Assembly (NCBI GenBank): GCA_049578105.1
Contig: JBAULI010000017.1
Location: 3-64,002 of the forward strand
From: Acidimicrobiia bacterium
GTDB lineage: Bacteria; Actinomycetota; Acidimicrobiia; Spongiisociales; ZC4RG35
Direction: 5' to 3'
DNA length: 64,000 nucleotides
Part shown: one piece after another, positions 62,301-64,000 of the stretch
How the letters are laid out: every line of letters starts with the position of its first letter
How positions within the stretch are numbered: the first letter of the stretch is position 1
Notes under the pieces: model-generated
Seen by the model: only the letters and a program-made list of their open reading frames with translations
Databases searched by the model: none
What the model was told of the DNA's origin: nothing
Made by a program: the position numbers and the translations under genes

Positions 62301-63680
62301 ACTGAGGCCGGCGTAGGAAACGGCTCTTCGGACCATTTGATAAAGGGCGTCGGCGCTCGTTTCACCGGCGACGACATGGGCAACCACCTGTTGCGACAGG
62401 ACGTCGAGAGGATTGGCCGGAATTCGCGTCGCCTCGACCGCACGTTTCGACATCTGGGAGGCGACCACGGCAGACACCAGAAGGTCGCCACGGTACTTGG
62501 GGAAGATCTTGGCCCGGGCCACCCCGCCCACCTGATGACCGGATCGGCCCACACGCTGCAGACCCGATGCGACCGATGTCGGAGCCTCGACCTGCAGGAC
62601 GAGATCGACGGCTCCCATGTCGATGCCCAACTCGAGTGAGGAGGTGGCGACCACCGCTTTGAGCTTGCCTCGCTTCAGATCCTCTTCGATCTGCAGCCTC
62701 TGCTCCCGGGCCACCGAGCCGTGATGAGCGCGCGCTACCTCTGCCCCGGCGAGGTTGTTGATCTCGGCGCACAGCCTCTCGGCCAGGCGGCGGGAGTTGG
62801 CAAAGACGATTGTGGAGCGATGCGCCTCGATCTGCTCGAGAAGCCGTGGATAGATCGCGGGCCAGATCGATCTGGTGGATCGGCGGTCGGGGTCGAGAGG
62901 ATCGGGGTCGCCCGGTCGGTCCATCTCCTCGACGGGGACCACGATTTCGAGATCCATGTCACGGTCGCGTGGGACATCGACGATCGTCACCGGGCGTGGT
63001 TCCCACACGTCTTCGTCGGTTCGGATCCCGCCACCCAGGAAGCAGGCAATCGTCTCGAGTGGGCGCTGTGTCGCCGACAACCCGATCCTCTGGGGCGGAT
63101 CGTCTGTGATCTCGTCGAGACGCTCGAGGGAGAGGGCGAGATGGGCGCCTCTCTTGGTGGACGCCAGGGCATGCACCTCGTCGACTATGACCCAGCGGAC
63201 ACTGTGAAGGACCTCGCGCGCCGCCGAGGTGAGTATCAGGTAGAGCGACTCGGGGGTGGTGATCAGGATGTCCGGCGGATGACGTCTCATTCGCTGGCGG
63301 TCGGCCTGAGGCGTGTCGCCGGTGCGGAGGAAGGTCTCGACTTCTGGCAGGTTCGGGCCACCGAGCCGGCTGGAGGCGTGACGGATGCCGGCGAGTGGGG
63401 CTCGCAAGTTTCGATCGACGTCATGGGCGAGCGCCTTCAGGGGCGAGATGTAGAGGACACGGCACCGATCGGTCTCGTCCGGTACCGGCTCGGTGAACAA
63501 GCGGTCGAGGGTCCATAGAAATGCGGCGAGAGTCTTGCCGGAGCCGGTCGGGGCATGTATGAGCGTGTGATCGCCGTTCGCGATGGCGGGCCAGCCCAGC
63601 CGCTGGGCATCGGTGGGCTCGCGGAACGAGGCTTCGAACCACGTCCTGGTCGGGGCGGTGAAAGTGGCGAGACTGTCCAC
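59307..63680 (-). CDS. lhr: Lhr-like ATP-dependent DNA helicase (long form)
   Basis: 1457 aa. N-terminal SF2 helicase core (…LIHAPTGSGKTLAAFLW…, DEVH, …), WH and Lhr-specific C-terminal domains. Confidence 0.9.
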   Translation of the reverse strand: MDSLATFTAPTRTWFEASFREPTDAQRLGWPAIANGDHTLIHAPTGSGKTLAAFLWTLDRLFTEPVPDETDRCRVLYISPLKALAHDVDRNLRAPLAGIRHASSRLGGPNLPEVETFLRTGDTPQADRQRMRRHPPDILITTPESLYLILTSAAREVLHSVRWVIVDEVHALASTKRGAHLALSLERLDEITDDPPQRIGLSATQRPLETIACFLGGGIRTDEDVWEPRPVTIVDVPRDRDMDLEIVVPVEEMDRPGDPDPLDPDRRSTRSIWPAIYPRLLEQIEAHRSTIVFANSRRLAERLCAEINNLAGAEVARAHHGSVAREQRLQIEEDLKRGKLKAVVATSSLELGIDMGAVDLVLQVEAPTSVASGLQRVGRSGHQVGGVARAKIFPKYRGDLLVSAVVASQMSKRAVEATRIPANPLDVLSQQVVAHVVAGETSADALYQMVRRAVSYAGLSRKVFDETLDMLAGRYPSDLFAELRPRINWNRVTGEVSARPGALQLAVTNAGTIPDRGLFRVTLPDGSRVGELDEEMVYESREGDVFLLGSTAWRITRIDHDRVEVVPAPGESAAKMPFWHGDMLGRPLDTGMAVGRFTRELSAMGREEAEGWLRADHGLDEFAASNLVAYVAEEKEATGTVPTDRTVVVERFRDEIGDWRIVLLSPFGARVHAPWAMTLRHVFRGRFGTDVDVIWSDDGIAFRFPDTDEAPGADQLLPEPEELESILTDHLGDTALFAARFREAAGRSLLLPRRRPGERTPLWLQRRRSADLLGVAKQFGSFPIMLEVYREILQDDFDVPSLIDILTDIRSRKIRVVSVETDSPSPFASSLLFSFIAAYLYEADAPLAERRAAALTLDRELLRELLGEGELRELIDPEVVAGVELELQHLTESRRVTRSDGIHDLLRDLGPLPLEEIAFRCEGVDIDGALADLESQGRVNQVTIGGETRWVASEDLSRLRDALGVQPPPGVAHVFLEPVDDPLGDVVGRYARTHGPFSTADAARTLALPMGVVDEILTRLAQQGRIELGAFRPGGEGREWVDREVLRRLKRRSLALLRKEIEPVTTTAFTEFLIDWQGIRRNPPTGTSAFTEVARLLTGAVLPASVLERDVLSTRVSEPAQHLDRLLLQGDLVWIGHGALGVNDGKLALYPRSILGSLWRGPVAEIDSETSEAIVEFLETRGASFFRDIYVGCGGGDPELTLTALWDLVWAGHITNDTMEPVRAFIRGGSGRSRGRRALASQFPTHAGGRWSLTKHLVNDGVAETERHATWAQLLLERHGVVSRPVVLAEGYPGGFSALYPVYSHMEETGRVRRGYFVEGLGGSQFALPGAVDRLRSGPDNGMVVLAATDPANPYGSILPWPDVPEARLARDAGAYVLLAEGDLVAYLDRGRRNLTVLQTDNGLHDHLARSLAEVAQRHRRTTVNTVNGQPAPTSSLAPTLAEWGFATAPRGLTYRG

Positions 63681-63744
63681 GACCCGAAGGTATCAGGCTG
63701 GAGAGACAAGATCTTCCGGAGTCGGACACCCCGGGACCGCATCT

Positions 63745-64000
63745 TCAGGCAGACATCTCCAAGGGGAGCCGGTTGACCTGGGCCAGTTCGAGGAAGATCT
63801 CCACCACCTGCGGGTCGAACTGGGTTCCGGTGTGTTGGCGGATTTCGTTGATGGCGAAGTCGACGGGGAGGGCAGGCTGGTAAGCCCGGGTCGACGTCAT
63901 GGCGTCGAAGGCGTCGGCCACCAGGATGATCCGGGAGAGGATCGGGATCTCGTCGCCCTTGAGCCCGAACGGATATCCACGCCCGTCGAATCTCTCATGG
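63745..64000 (-). CDS. HD-GYP domain protein, C-terminal part (5' end outside the window)
   Basis: Minus-strand translation …HERFDGRGYPFGLKGDEIPILSRIILVADAFDAMTSTRAYQPALP… contains the HD-GYP signature (HxRxDGxGYP). Stop at 63745-63747. Lies upstream of lhr on the same strand. Confidence 0.6.
   Translation of the reverse strand, partial: HERFDGRGYPFGLKGDEIPILSRIILVADAFDAMTSTRAYQPALPVDFAINEIRQHTGTQFDPQVVEIFLELAQVNRLPLEMSA

Noticed and set aside
1-64000. Search for rRNA, tRNA, tmRNA, CRISPR arrays, IS elements or integrases
   Set aside because: No cloverleaf-like segments in the short intergenic regions, no repeat-spacer periodicity, no transposase/integrase-like ORFs and no terminal inverted repeats were seen. 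Coding density leaves no room for rRNA.

Overview
High-GC (about 68-70%) actinobacterial chromosomal segment, probably Actinomycetota, possibly an Acidimicrobiia-like lineage. It is gene-dense, both strands are used, and many adjacent genes overlap by 4 nt (ATGA/GTGA). I found no rRNA, tRNA, CRISPR array, IS element or prophage. Core content, in order along the window:
- A 5'-truncated DUF222/HNH endonuclease gene at the window edge, then an AlkZ/YcaQ-like winged-helix protein and fxsA.
- A conserved translation cluster: rimP-nusA-infB-DUF503-rbfA-nrnA(DHH)-truB-ribF, then proB-proA and rpsO-pnp with a structured leader.
- An Fpg/Nei glycosylase followed by an SOS mutagenesis module, imuA'-imuB, behind a perfect LexA box. 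A second, identical LexA box lies 27 kb away and overlaps the start codon of dnaE2.
- plsC, a 5-formyl-THF cyclo-ligase, an F420-dependent PPOX-class enzyme, an SGNH hydrolase, a MarR regulator divergent from the fused B12 isobutyryl-CoA mutase icmF, and an MFS-TetR efflux pair with a palindromic operator.
- The most striking block: a complete, translationally coupled histidine operon on the minus strand (hisG, hisC-HAD fusion, hisB, hisH, hisF, hisA-hisIE fusion, hisD). It is preceded by a His-rich leader peptide (MNPTFAHLHHHHHPSRVG) and a terminator/antiterminator pair, that is, a classical ribosome-mediated histidine attenuator, here in a high-GC actinobacterium.
- Downstream: valS, a SatD-like (cyclase-palm plus HTH)/DUF3307 pair, a small basic protein, a Cys-less peroxiredoxin-like protein, an MBL hydrolase, dodecin, dnaE2, two paralogous GerMN/Gmad2 lipoproteins, an IMPACT/YigZ protein, a lytic-transglycosylase-like protein, an AroQ/alpha-beta-hydrolase fusion coupled to a lipoate-ligase-family gene, an ABC exporter, USP, a flavin reductase, an SDR, split cofG/cofH (cofH with a long N-terminal extension), the Lhr helicase and a partial HD-GYP gene.
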